Origin: Lama glama
Taxonomy: Eukaryota
Assembly (NCBI GenBank): GCA_028534125.1
Contig: CM052817.1
Span: 48,114,001-48,178,000 of the forward strand
Reading direction: 5' to 3'
Length of the DNA: 64,000 nt
In this document: positions 38,301 through 51,140 of the stretch, piece by piece
Layout: the number at the start of each line of letters is the position of its first letter
Numbering within the stretch: the stretch's first letter is position 1
Position numbers and translations under genes: made by a program
Notes under the pieces: model-generated
What the model was told of the DNA's origin: nothing
The model's input: only the letters and a program-made list of their open reading frames with translations
The model's database searches: none

Positions 38301-39242
38301 AGAAGCAGAGCCCCTGTATCTCTTCTTAAGGAAAACATGATCTTCAGCACAACTAGATTTGAAGGGTAATAAGGCAGCTTAGGCCAGGCTCTTTCTAGAA
38401 AACGAAAACAATTACTACTCTTTGGAATGTAGTGACATGTGCCCAAGGTGTTCAGCATAACGAGTTAACATTTGCTGCACAACGCTAATTACCAAGATGC
38501 CAAAGCTGCCCTGCACCACGAGGTTCAGTGACTCACTAGGGGTTGTACAAATGATACTTGGCATCAGTGTGACCTGACTCAGTTACTAATCCGTATGGTT
38601 CTACTGGCTCCTTGCCCCCATCCAACCTTTCTCTACATACAGCTAACGGAGCTTGACTTCCACCTACAAAATCACCCCAACTCAAGGACTAGAACTAGAC
38701 CAGTTTCCTTCTCCCAGAGGATTTAAACCCTATTTTACAGATGACAAAACTGAGGCCCAGAGCAGCTCAGTGCAATGTCTAAGGTCAAGGAGTTCTAGAA
38801 ATCTGTTGTCCAGACTCCAATCCCATATAACCAAGGTGGAGGGATGAGGGGCTCCATTCAAGACATTAATTTTATGCTAATAAGTAAAGGAATGCAAATC
38901 TGCACATATAAATATGGTCCCAATTGTAATTTTAAAAATCACATAAAAATGAAAAGCATAGGAGAGAAGACGGAGAAACAAAACTGGATGGAAAAATGCC
39001 AAAATGTTACCAATGGCTATATCCGCATGGAGGTATGATGGGTGATTATTTTTGTCAATATTTGCCTGCATTTTCCAAACTTTCTGCAATAAACCTTACT
39101 AGTTTTATAATATAAAAGAGAGAGAATAAACTTTTGAGAATATTCAACTCTGCTGACACTAGGAGCCAGGTGCACGGACAGAGACTCGTGGGTGGGCAGG
39201 TAGGGCTGCAGAACGGACAGGCACATAAAGTGACATACTTAC

Positions 39243-39403
39243 CCACCAACTGTGGCAGAGAAGCAGCCTCCCTGTCCAGCATGATGGAGCCCTTCTCCAT
39301 GCAGGTCCTCAGCTCAAACAGGCTGTGCAGGGACAAGGTGGCCACGTGGGGCTTGCTCCATCTCTCCCCACCCTGTTCCACTTTTTCTTCAAACTTAATC
39401 CAC
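39243..39403 (-). CDS. SLC4A4: SLC4A4 exon 5 (161 nt): [53 protein letters not shown]
   Basis: Acceptor ttgtttgtag|G, donor GTG G|gtaagt. Phases 2 and 1 fit the neighbouring exons; contains the SLC4 ETARWIKFEE motif. Confidence 0.98.
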
Positions 39404-42400
39404 CTACAAACAAGAGATTAGTGAGCAGCTGTTAAAAGTGTTCTAATCGCCTCTGGAAAAAGCAACATCAACCCCTCCAGCTCCACTCCCACCAGCACGC
39501 CCAAAATGTCATCTTTTGTGGAGTTTTAAAAGCTTATTACATCATTAACTGCATTACCTTTATAAATACACCAAACAGAGTCACTAGACTGCTCCTCCCC
39601 CCGATGTTAGAGAGAAAGAAAACAAACCGAAAGGAGCCAACGCCGCCTCCTTGGTTTCCTATCTGTCTCTATGTAGACGTGAAATCGTTAAGAATGATTA
39701 TTGATCCCAATTTTTTAAATAATGTAGGAAAAATATGCACTGCAAATTCTCCATGGGGGTAGAGCCTACGGTATGTAAAAATAACCACCATTGTGAGAAT
39801 TCTGTTGTGACTTCACAAGGCAAGTTTATACAAGGTGAAATATCAGTTAAGAACTGATGCTTATCTTAACTATTTGAAAATACAGTGTGTGAAGTGGTCA
39901 GGTACAAAATTCCCTTTAATGCTTAAAGAAGGCCAGCGTGTGTTGCTGTGTCTAACTTTAATGTGTATCTCAGCTGACATGTTCCCTTCTCGTAGAGATG
40001 CTAACGGAAGCTCGATCCTTCAAGTTCGGCTCCATGTGTGTTTAAAAGTACACAAGCTCAGCAAATAATGCATCTATTCTGATAATAACAGGTCTCTTGT
40101 TAACCTTAGCGATGGAGCAAACAACCCCCTTTCACAGCTTCTTCTTTCTAACTGCAGGCACTTTGATAGCTCAGCAACATATGGGAATGAGGAAAGTTTA
40201 ATCCCATGTATCACACATACCTATTCTTCCTACACTGGTAAAGAAACACAGGAAAGCATGGTCATTTTGCTATTCATTACGACTCAAAGAGAAATGCTGC
40301 TTTCTGTCACTTCAAACCTCCGAAAGATACTGAACAAGATAAAGAGGGGGTTAAAAATTGTTTTTCTGCATTCTTCACCCAAAGGTTTAATGATTGAAAA
40401 ATGTTTTCCCAGAAAAAGCTAAACACTCACCCAATTCACTAAAGAGGAGAACAAAGGGCAGAGATCAGAGGAAGCTCTACATAAGGTATTATTTATAGAC
40501 TGCTCACCACCCCAGACGAGTCAAAAAAAAAAACAAAAAACCCCACATTAGTAGAACCAGGAGTGAAAACAGATCAAGAGATCAGCCACAATGTCAAAGG
40601 GAACTCAGAATTTTAATCAAGCCAGACACTCATGTGATTCAGAAGCGTATCGGCCGTATCCCAAATCTCTCTCCTTCCTCTCCTGGTCAGGAAACTGCCA
40701 TGCTTCAATGGCAACCTTATCCCCAACCTCACCCCCAGTTCTAAGACCCTCCTCCTTTCCCCTGTGTCCCCAAAGATGCAGGCAGTGGAGGCTTTCATGT
40801 TTTCCTCACAGTAAAAAGCCAACACCAAAGAACTTCTAAAACTCCAGAACTGCATCTTGTTTATTTATACGAAAGTGGTTGTGAAACATTCTGAAAGTCC
40901 CTTAGTGTGTGTGTGTGTGTGTGTGAATTAGTAGTTCTTCAGGTCGGCTGGCATTAGAAACACAGAAATAGAGGGAAGTGAGAGAAAAATGACAATTTTA
41001 CATCACACTCATAGAACAGAATTCTATGGATTTGTCAAAACGATAAAGGGCAATAGGGTTATTTTGAGAGTAATTATCTTATGGACTGTATTACATTGGC
41101 TAACTTTAAGCATATTATCTTTTCAGGCTCACTCACAGACTCTCTAGCCATGTTTGTTGGTAACTAGTATCTGAACCATATTTACATTTGATGTTATAAT
41201 TTATTGCTTAAGGTGAGACTCTAGAAGATAGAAGATTCCACAGTATATGAAACCTAGTCAGGGTTACATATAATCATGTTATTTATCGAGACTGCAGTGA
41301 CCTTGTTTTTATTCCTAAGAGTATTCTTATTAGCTGAGGGATAGTATCTTTGGTCACAAAATTTCAGTCCAAGAAGAATGACAAGGATCAGCTAGAAACT
41401 GACTAGAAACTCAGTACAGGGGAGTGTTTTATACATACAGCCTTCACATCCCTCTTATCTTTACTAAATGATAACCAGTTGCCCTTCTGTCCGTTGCCAT
41501 AAATTTCTATTGCCAAATGCACTTCGTAAAAGAAAACTAAGCCTCTCTTACATACAATGTGTGACAGTAGGCTTGTTTTTGGCCATCATCCTCCACTGTC
41601 CACACTATGTAAGTTTAATAAAATTTTCTTTAAAAAAAGAAAAAAGGAGCAAAACCACTGCATTCTTTTTTGACCTATCTCTTACTTCATTCCTCTCTAC
41701 AATTTATCTTAAATGTGATTTTTGAACAAGTTCTAAAAGTACATTAGAAATAATAAACCCCAAATAGCTCAGATTTACTGAATAGTATTACTCACCCTCC
41801 TGGATTATAGCAGCCAAGATTTGGTCAAGATTTAACCATAATGGAATGGAAATGTAGCCTCAGAACCAGCCAGTTCCTTAGCATCTACATTCCTAAAGGA
41901 TAAGTACTATCTCATAGTTCAGTTGAAGCATCTCTTTCACTTTGAGTTCAGTAAATATTGAATATGGTGATGATGTCACAGCACAGCACAGAGAATAGCA
42001 CAAAAGGAACTCTGGGATGATGACTATTAAATTCCTTTAAAAGGCATTGCTCAAATTGTTCAAGGAACTGGCTATACATCCAACATACTGCTTCAGGCAT
42101 AAAGTAATGGTTTGCCCATTGAAACAGACTGTTTGCAGATAGTTTCATCCCAGAAACTACCCATAATACGTCTATCTTCCTCACAGATCAAGGACAAACT
42201 TGAGAAAAAAACCCGAAAACTACTCAGTTCAAATCAGAACCCATTAAAGGAAAGGCTAAGGCAAAGGTACCAAAGTTCAGCCTATTCGAGTGTCAGTGAA
42301 TTTGTAAAGGTGCCTTAGAACCATGTAATTACATTTTTAAAAAACCAGACTTTTTTTTTACTGTAAAATGTACTAAAAGCTACTATCTACCCTTCATAAT

Positions 42401-44604
42401 AACTATGAGTAACCGTATATTTGCAGTAAGTTTCCTACTTTTCCTTTTATCTTAGGACTTGACATATTACAGGAAAATTAATTTCAGAACTTGGCTTTTT
42501 AAATGCTGGCAATTACAAAACTGTTGTAACCTTGAAGGAGGAGTTTATTAGGTGAAGTTTATTTATTCCAAGGTCTTAGAAGAATAATGATAAAGTACAT
42601 TGCAATTTAACACACTCTGAGTGACTGCCAACCAGATAGCATTTCACTAGCTTGTTGAAGAAACAGAAGGCCCCCTGAGAATCACTGAATTTTGCAACTT
42701 TCCCATCATATGATTAAATATAATTAAGAAAAGACCTCTCACTTAAAAACATGCCAATTTTATGGTGGAAAATAGACTTGACCTTTGCCCTGGAATATAA
42801 CCAACTACATAAAACTATTAGAGCAATAATAAATTTCTTGCTAACTGATAAGTGCCTCATCACAGACAAAAGAAGCCAACATGAGTGTGTATCTGGGATG
42901 AATGATGTCTTTAAGAATTCTTAAATTTCTAGATCAACTGCAAAAGCTATTGCAAAACAGTGTAGTAACCACATATAATCACATAGATGATTAAATTCCT
43001 TCTCCCTCAGACTTTTTCTTACAGAACAAATAAACTTGGTCTGAAATGGAATTTTCCAGTGTAATCCAGTAGAGGAGACACAGAGAAGGCAGTGTGGACT
43101 GGAAAGAGAGGAGTCCCTCTGCAAAGTCCCAAGGTAAGCACAAGAGACCATGTTTGACGGGCAGGCCCTGAAATCAGGTTCTTTGGGGGAGGCAGAGTCA
43201 TTCTGCCGAGTAGAAACACGAATGCGGGTCCCTCTGTGCTGTCCCACTAGGACTGAAACATCAACACCCTTCTCCTTTGTTGACTTGTTGGCTTTGTTGA
43301 AACTTGTGACGTCTTTCCTTTTTACCCAGGTTTGGCAGTAAAACGTGAATCATATTGGGGATGTGATCTTTAACATGTGTTCTTATAACAGTGATGAAAC
43401 CCAACGTGGCCCACCTGAATATTCACTGAGGGAAAACTGAAAGCCAATAACCAGGCTTGCAGACATCACAGACTCAAAGAAATAAAGAGTTTGGAGCAGT
43501 GGAGGGTAGCTATAGCCCTTCTTCCTGGCTTTGAGCCATCACCAAAGCTGGACCATGACTTATTCTTTAACCAGTTTGCTTCATGAATCCATTAGCTAAT
43601 GCCTAGCCACCTAGAAATTCTTAATAAGAAGCACAGACTTCTTCGCTAATACCAAGTATTTCATTATATCTACTGCTATGTCACTGAATGTCAGTATCCT
43701 AATGACCTCACACTTAGGAGTACTCTTTTTAAAAAGAATATTCTCTGCATTCCCTGTTCATATACCTTTCTCAGTCCTGATCATTCTACCCTTTGCACAG
43801 TCTTTAACCTGTGCTCTCTATTGGAAGTGCCAGTGAAAATTCAAAGTCCTGACTTTTAGGAAAGGGAAGAGCAGGGAAATGATGTGAAAGAAGAGGGTGG
43901 TAGAGTTGGCTGTACTTCACGTAAATAAAGACTTCCCTTGTTTATGGTTTTATATAACTACTGTGGCTCTCTGAGACTTAAATGGGGTTATTTTCTCTAC
44001 CACTGGAACCACTTTCCTTATTTTTTGAGACACAGAGCTAACCTGAACTTCCTGAAGTAGAACTAAAACTCCAGTAATGCTGAGACTCAAGCAGGATATT
44101 CTTGGTCAATCAAGTCATGAGTCAACGGGAAAAAGTACAGAACATCCAGAGGGACAGTACCGAAGAGGGTTCTGCTGTGTTCTGTGGGAATGTGGGCTCA
44201 CAGCAGAAACTACATTAAGCTGGAGAAGTCTGGTGGGTTAGTTCTCTATGGAATAAAACAGCCCACTTAATTGGGGTTTTCACCAAAAAAGAAAAGGAAT
44301 TCTTCATTTTATGTTAGCCAGAAAAATGTTCACCCTGCATTTTCAAATGTAAACTTTTATTATAAGTCTAGAAGGTTTGAGAGCTTTTCATGGTGGGGGT
44401 TGGGGGTGGAATAGCCCTATCATGTCTGGAAACTGGACATTGTAAATGGGAGTCAGAAATTGCTGTAAAAACATTCAGAAGCAGAGTTCTGTTACAGGAA
44501 GCAAAAATCACTGAAAATCTGAATCATTTCCGGAGGCACAACGCCTCCAAACTTCCCAACGGAATTTAGGTGGAGTCGCACACTCAGAACTAAGGGTCCA
44601 TGTC

Positions 44605-45500
44605 TCTATTCACTCACTCTGTAAAGATGCATTTCTTGATTGTGGCCTATGTTCCAGGTAGTTGTGGGCACTAGGAATACGGTGGTGAACAGAACAGCCA
44701 AAAGCTCCTGCCCTCGTGGCACTTTAATTTGATTGGGAGGAGACAACAACAAGATACGTGAATATGTTAAATGCTGGTCAGTGCAAAGGATAAATACAAT
44801 GGAGGACGAGGGGTTGAAAGGTTTGGGGGAAGTTTCCGTTTTAGATCACGCAGCTACTGAGAAGGTCACATCTGAACAGAGGCCTGAAGGAGGTGAGGAA
44901 ATGAGCCATACAGGGAACTGTGGGGTACAGCAGTTCAGCAAGGAGAATATGTCAGACACAGGGAAGAGCAAGTGTGAAGTCCCTGACACAGCAGCCTGAT
45001 CGGGCCTGTGAGGCTCGAGCAGATCGGATGAGTGGGAGAGAAGTAGGAGGTGAGGTCAAAGAGATCACGGGGCATAGTTCATGAAGGAAGGGCGGGTTCA
45101 GGGAGATGGTCTAATTAGGAATTGTTTGCAGTAATCTAGATGAGAAATAATGGTTGACCTGAACCACTGTAGTGACAGTGTTGAATGTGAGATACGGTGA
45201 GATTCTGAATATCCGAATAACTCTTGAGCGTAAACTAGACAGAGTTTGCCAATGGATCAAGTAAGTGATGTAGAGAAAGATGGACGTCAAGGAAGACTCC
45301 AATCTTTCTGGCTTAAGCAACTAGAAAAAGGGAGTTGTTCACTGCGGTGGGGAATTCTGTAGGAGAAGCAGGTATGAGGTGGGTAGATCAGAAGCTCAGT
45401 TTCCAACATGTGATCGCAGATGCCTATTGCCCATTCAAACACTTGTTTTCAATCAAACAAGGCAAGAAGTCTGGGCTAGAGAACTAAACACAGATGGCAC
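44605..45500 (-). mobile_element. L2 LINE 3' fragment
   Basis: ctcctgccctcgtgg, gagaaggtcacatctgaacagaggcctgaagga, gtcaaggaagactcc motifs typical of antisense L2. Confidence 0.8.
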
Positions 45501-46619
45501 CAGCATACTGATGAATTGGTCTGAAACATCAAACAAAGGTCCTCTTCCGGGCTTTACACTTGGTGTGCGGGGTGCCTGGGGTCTGTCATTAAGCTGCCAT
45601 CAGTCAAAAAGAGATGGATTATCACAGAATTCCAACTCTGATCATGTGAAATTTCTAAGAAATTATTATATTTAGAACAGTAGATTCTAAGGCAATCAGT
45701 TCTCAACTAATCACACTCAACAAATGTTACTGAGGACCTATTATGCCAAGTGCTGCAAGGCACTGGGAATACACTAATGAAAGACAGACATGGTGGTCTC
45801 TGACCTCAGATGAATTACTGTAACGAGGGAGACAAAATGAAAAAACAATCGCATATATGGTTGATTAATAGGAATTGTGGCAAGTCCTCTAGAGGAGAAG
45901 TTATAGAGTGTAGACTCTGTGAGTATGTCTCTTCCCGGTACACAGGACATTCCCACTACACTTCCTCTCCAGCAGTATACTCTTTTAGGGACCGATGACA
46001 ACACTGAAGTGACATACATGCTCCCAAGGACAGTCTTTAAACACGGTATTCAAGACCATCTTAACCTTTAAGAATCTAAAATGAAAATGCTGTGTCCATC
46101 TCATGAAATGTTGAATTACCTATACAATGAGCTGTGATCTCTCCACATTGCCGGGACCAGAGGGCATATAAAATAAAGAATAGTCTGCATTTGATGGAAA
46201 GCAAAAACAGAGCGCTGTACCTGAATTCTACTCCATACGGCACTGGCACAGAATTTTAGGATGAAAGTAGGATTCAAGGTAGGTTTCCTAGTCACAGCAG
46301 ATTACACCATTATACACACAGGGATGGAACTTTAGAGCTAGAAAATACACATGATGTTAGAGAGGATGAACCTAGTGTGGCTTTCATTTCATAGAACAGA
46401 AAACTCAAGCTTGGGAAGACGACGTGATTACACGACTTGCCCAAAATGGAATAGCTAGTTAGCAGCAAAGCCACAGTCTCCCCAACACTTAACTCAGGCT
46501 GCACATTACGATTCTGACTGTTTTCTCCTGTTAGAAAGAATGAAATGGAGATACTAATAAAAGTCTTTGCTTTTAGAGTCTTCTTTTGGATAATGTTTTA
46601 TGAATGAAAATTATACTTT

Positions 46620-47135
46620 ACAGAGAAACAGAAACAGACCCACAGACATAGAAAACGAACTTACAGTTACGATAGGGGGAAGGAGGAGGAGGGATAAATT
46701 GGGAGTTCAAGATTTGCAGATACTAATTACTATATATAAAATAAATAAACAAGAAGTTACTTCTTTTTTCTAAAGCTTTTTTTTAAATTGAGTTACAGTC
46801 ATTTTACAATGTTGTGTCAAATTCCAGTGTAGAGCACAATTTTTCAGTTATACATAAACATACGTACATTCATTGTCACATTCTCTTTTGCTGTGAGCCA
46901 CCACAAGATCCTGTATAATTTCCCTGTGCTACACAGTACAGTCTTGTTTATCTGCTCTACAACAACAAGTTATTTCTGTACAGCACAGGGAACTATATTC
47001 AATGTCTTGTAGTAACCTATAATGAAAAAGAATATGAAAACGAATATATGTATGTATATGTATGACTGAAACATTATGCTGTACACCAGAAACTGACACA
47101 ACATTGTAAACTGACTAGACTTCAATATAAAAAAA
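46620..47135 (+). mobile_element. L1 3'-end fragment containing an inverted nested L1 tail (46765-46960)
   Basis: Outer copy acagacatagaaaacgaactta...gacttcaatataaaaaa. Inner copy bounded by a 17-bp TSD with 2 mismatches (46748-46764 and 46961-46977). Confidence 0.85.
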
Positions 47136-48391
47136 GTGTTCTTTGCAGAGGACTTTTAATATCTGGGTTATTGGTCCTGAGAGAGGGGAATAAGAGACAA
47201 TTTCTGTCTCATGGAATGAGGCCCCAAAAGTGCAAAGAATGAAGGGCTTCAAGAGGCAGCACCAGAGATGGAGGAGCAGAAACAAGTTGTTGCTCACATC
47301 TGTGTTCCCAGGGCCTAAAACAGGGCCCAACATGTACTAGGCATTCAAAAAACACTGGTTGAATTTAATTGATTTGAATTAAATTACAATCTATAAAAGG
47401 CATATTTAACATTACTCCGTGGACGATCAAATACAGACTGTCCATATAAGGACAATGAGAGACCAAAAACTGCATCATATCAACAACTTTATATTACATG
47501 ATTTTGTGTCATAGAAGATTTAGAGTAGAGTGTTAACCAAATCTACATATAGAAAGGAAGAAAAGAAGAAAAGCTCTGTTATTGTGAGATTAATGAAACT
47601 TTAGACATTTGTGCTGTGCTTAACAACTTACAAAGCATTTCCATATAAATGTGTATGTATGTATATAAATATCCATGATATAATTAGATATCTAGCTTAC
47701 TTTACACTTATATATTATGTATCTTATATAGCATACATATATGTTATATGCAGTAGGCTTTATTATCCAGTAATTATTGATGATGAAATCAAAGTTCTGA
47801 AAAACTGAGTGTGACACATCTTGACAGGTGACAAGAGTCTGAAATTGAACACAAGCCTCTAACATTCCCACTGCAAGTGAACCTTCTACTTGCTTTCACT
47901 GGGTACTTAAAAGATGACAGATTTTTACCTGGAATAATAGCAAGTTTGCGGGTAAGAGTTATTGTCTTCACAACCTCCCTCCTAACAGGAAATGAGCCAT
48001 CAGTAAGACACGGTCTCACAAAATACCTAGGCATGTGGAGACTGTGGGTGCAAATCTCTACACTATCCTGTTTAGGTGTTTCAGTTTATCTCTTTAAAAT
48101 ATTTCACTATTACATAGCATATAAGTGGAGATTTACTTCTAATTCTGTGTAAGTGTGAAAATGATAAGAATGCAGACCAAGGAAACAATGTTCCGGCAGT
48201 GAAATTAAGGGTGTACTGAATCTCTGTCAATGTCAAAGAGAAGAAAGAGAATTCTTTAATTCCTTGATCCAGCCAGCCTCGTGCTCATCAGTCATTCAGA
48301 GTGCTCAGGTTAGAGGAAGGGGCTCACAGACAGGGATCCTGCCCCGTCCTTGTTTCCCCAGGTGGCTACCACACGGTCCGCTGAGCCTCAC

Positions 48392-48527
48392 CTCGCTGTC
48401 TCCTTCCACTCCATCTCCTGCCCATCCACGGCCAGCAGCTCATCCAGTTCAGTGAAGAGCTGAGGGGGTGCTGGGCTGTCATCCTCCTCGCCCAAGATGA
48501 ATCGGATGCGTTCTGCGGCGGGAGAGA
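48392..48527 (-). CDS. SLC4A4: Exon 4 short form used by NBCe1-B/C/E (internal acceptor, 136 nt, SPAAERIRF...KETAR)
   Basis: ttcacttctgcag|TCTCTCCC acceptor (CAG at 48530-48528) lies exactly where the A and B sequences become common. Confidence 0.92.
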
Positions 48528-48648
48528 CTGCAGAAGTGAAAATACTGTGGTTAAACACTGGCTGCACAACCCTGAGGAAAGTGTGACTCCGAGCTCTTCC
48601 TCTGTCCCCAAAGCTGCTGGGCTTCCCTTCCACATTTTCCGTGGACAT
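48392..48648 (-). CDS. SLC4A4: NBCe1-A/D first coding exon (exon 4, long form): [10 protein letters not shown]...EMEWKETAR
   Basis: Translation matches the kidney NBCe1-A N-terminus. ATG at 48648 (AAGATGT); donor AG|gtgagg with GT at 48391-48390; 257 nt, ends in phase 2. Confidence 0.98.
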
Positions 48649-49070
48649 CTTCCTTGATGAGCCTCCCTTGTCCCCAACCTAAAGACAAAAAGGAATCCAA
48701 GCCCTTCTCTATTCCTTTGGTTCTAAGCTCTCCACCGCCCTCCAGAAGGATAGCACTGAGGTTCTGGGTGGTGTGCGATGAGGAACCTTTAGCCCTCAGA
48801 TGAGCTGAGGTCCAACCGCATGACCCTCCCTCCTTCCTCACTAAGGACCCATCCGAACGTATTAGACAGAAACCAGCTTGGGCCAATCGCTTCTTCCACA
48901 GCAGTGGGAGGGGGCAACAGAGCACCCCAATCCTGAGTTTCTCCCAGGCCCCCGCCCCCCAGCCACCCTCCCCGCATCCAATGCCGAAAGCTCAAGCCCT
49001 CACAGGCACCTCACTGCCCGTGGCTGCCTCACTGCAAAGCTGCTGAAGGAATATTTAACAGGACGGAGCC
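48649..49070 (-). promoter_or_regulatory. SLC4A4: NBCe1-A 5'UTR and intronic (kidney-type) promoter region
   Basis: Directly upstream of the A-type ATG and repeat-free. GC box at 48950-48958; CCAAT motifs at 48883, 48927 and 48978 (+ strand). The TSS cannot be fixed from sequence. Confidence 0.7.
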
Positions 49071-49529
49071 TCTTCTTTACATGATGGCGGTACCCAAAAA
49101 TGTTTAGTCACACTTCAGTGCCCTTGAAAAACAAGCCCAAGTAAAACATTGTACACCTGAGGGGAAAAAAATGTCCAACACGCTCAAGTACATAATTGAA
49201 TGCCCTAGTAGCTCCTCCTGACCCTGTCTCCTGAAAAATCATGTAATGAAAAATTAACTAGAATTTCCCCCAAGTCGTGGGTTATTTTCTCTTTCTCAGA
49301 AAAAAAAAAAGGAAAGTGTCCAGAAACTGATGGTTATGCTACAAAACTAAGGGCCACGGATACTCTTTCTCAGCCCTAGGTAAAACCAAAAATGTTATAT
49401 ACACATGAATGCAGACCTAGTACACAGATCTATACAGATATATATATGTAGAAATTTGTAGAAATGTGTGTATTCAACCTAATAAAACAAACAAAAAATC
49501 CCTATCATCTGAAAGCTGCTATAATACAG

Positions 49530-50135
49530 GACAGAATAAAATTCCATAAATATCAAAATACATTTACTAGAAATAAACCCATGAAAAATATTCACACTAC
49601 CTAGTAGTCAAAACTAATTACTGAAATAAGATAAAATAAGATACATTTTACCGATTAAAATGGCAAAAATTAAAAAGAATGTTAATCCCAGTATTGGCAA
49701 GGGTTTAGGACACATGCAACGGCATCTCTTAATTTACGTGGCTGGTGCAGCCTAAATGTGAAGATCTCTCTGTAGGGAAATTTGAAAAAAATATGGAAAT
49801 GTTCTAAAACTGTACCTATCCTGTGAGCCAGTTATTCTGCTACTAGAAAGATGTTCATTTCAAATAAATAATTGTTGTTATCACAAAGACATAACTACAG
49901 AAGTGACCACTGTGGCATAGTTTATAACTGTGAAAAACAGAAAAAGCTTAAAAGGAAGATTGTTTAAATAAACTACACTAAAACCATTCAATAAAATACC
50001 ATGTGGTCATAAAACATGAAGATGAGGGTTTTTTTTTACATCTATACCATATATTAAATGAAAATATAAAACTTCAGAATCATATGCATAAAGTGGTCCT
50101 ATTTTGGTAAAGAAAAATACACATGTATCCATAAA
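49530..50135 (+). mobile_element. Old L1 (L1ME-like) 3' fragment
   Basis: gattaaaatggcaaaaattaaaaag...cagtattggcaagg; boundaries approximate. Confidence 0.55.
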
Positions 50136-50149
50136 ATAGTCCGGAATTG

Positions 50150-51077
50150 AGGGAGCCCTCACTTTGCGTAGGTCTGATGAGTGTGAATTACAGCTACCAG
50201 AGTTTGGTTAAGTAATACTAGCCCCCCTACAACACAGCTGAAATGTCAGCTGCGTGCTATATTAACTGTGAGTAATTGTTTAAAGGACAAACTTTAGCTC
50301 TTCAGTCCACCAATTACTATGTAAGCATGTAATTACATATTTATGTGTATATAATCATATGTACACAATACATGTTATGTACATTATTATGTGTACATAA
50401 TTATATGTACATAACGTGTGTGATTACATACTATAATACTACTATGTAAATAACATGTGCTTCATGATCGTGATCAATCACAGTGCCTCTTTCAAAGTCC
50501 ATCAGTGACTGGTCACTACATGTGTCATCCAGTTCAGGCACAGACAGCAAAGTGTGTGGCTGTGTTGCCCTCTTGTCCTGATAAGTTTATACAACATGGA
50601 TAATCGAAAGGGGGAGTTGGCCAACAAAGATGAAAGCACAGCACAGAAACAAAAAGTGCTAACGCTAGAAGTGAAATCTATGGCAAACACAAATGGAGTT
50701 GCAGAAGACCTAGCTGAGTACAGGAATGTAGGTGATGCTGCCATTCACCACTTGAGAGACTCCAGACGTACAGTCAGAGAAACTTAATGAAGGCAAACTC
50801 ATCAGCGTAAATAGTAAGGCAAGTGGTTGTAACAGAATGATAACAATGTCCCAGAGGAAGTGAGTCTGGCCAAAACAAAAACTTCCCATTGAAAGAGTGC
50901 TCAGAGACATTTCCTGACATGGAAAGCACAAAGGATAAAATGTTGGCAGCTGATCCAAACTTAGAGAGGAGAATGACAATTCGCCTGGGCATAGAAAAGA
51001 TGCTCACTCCATTTCATAAATTGTACAATAGGAAAAAGACGACCAGTCTTCAAATCAATTCTGATAAGATTTTACAG
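50150..51077 (+). mobile_element. TcMar-Tigger (Tigger13a-like) non-autonomous DNA transposon
   Basis: Transposase remnants MDNRKGELANKDESTAQKQKVLTLEVK and KDKMLAADPNLERRMTIRLGIEKML in different frames. Confidence 0.8.
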
Positions 51078-51140
51078 AGGGTGGGTATAGCTTCAGCAGG
51101 AGAGAGCATGGTTGGCATGCACAAGGCCCTGAATTCAGAT
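51078..51140 (+). mobile_element. Degenerate tRNA-SINE head (same family as 29408-29568)
   Basis: gggtgggtatagcttcagcaggagagagcatg...gcatgcacaaggccctgaattca. Confidence 0.65.

Noticed and set aside
48388..48648. Stand-alone 86-aa protein
   Set aside because: The TGA is part of the splice donor (AG|gtga); this is exon 4 read into the intron.
50312..50460. AT-rich degenerate repeat (tatgtacataat-like units) as a structured array
   Set aside because: Irregular low-complexity expansion within the Tigger element; no constant repeat-spacer structure.
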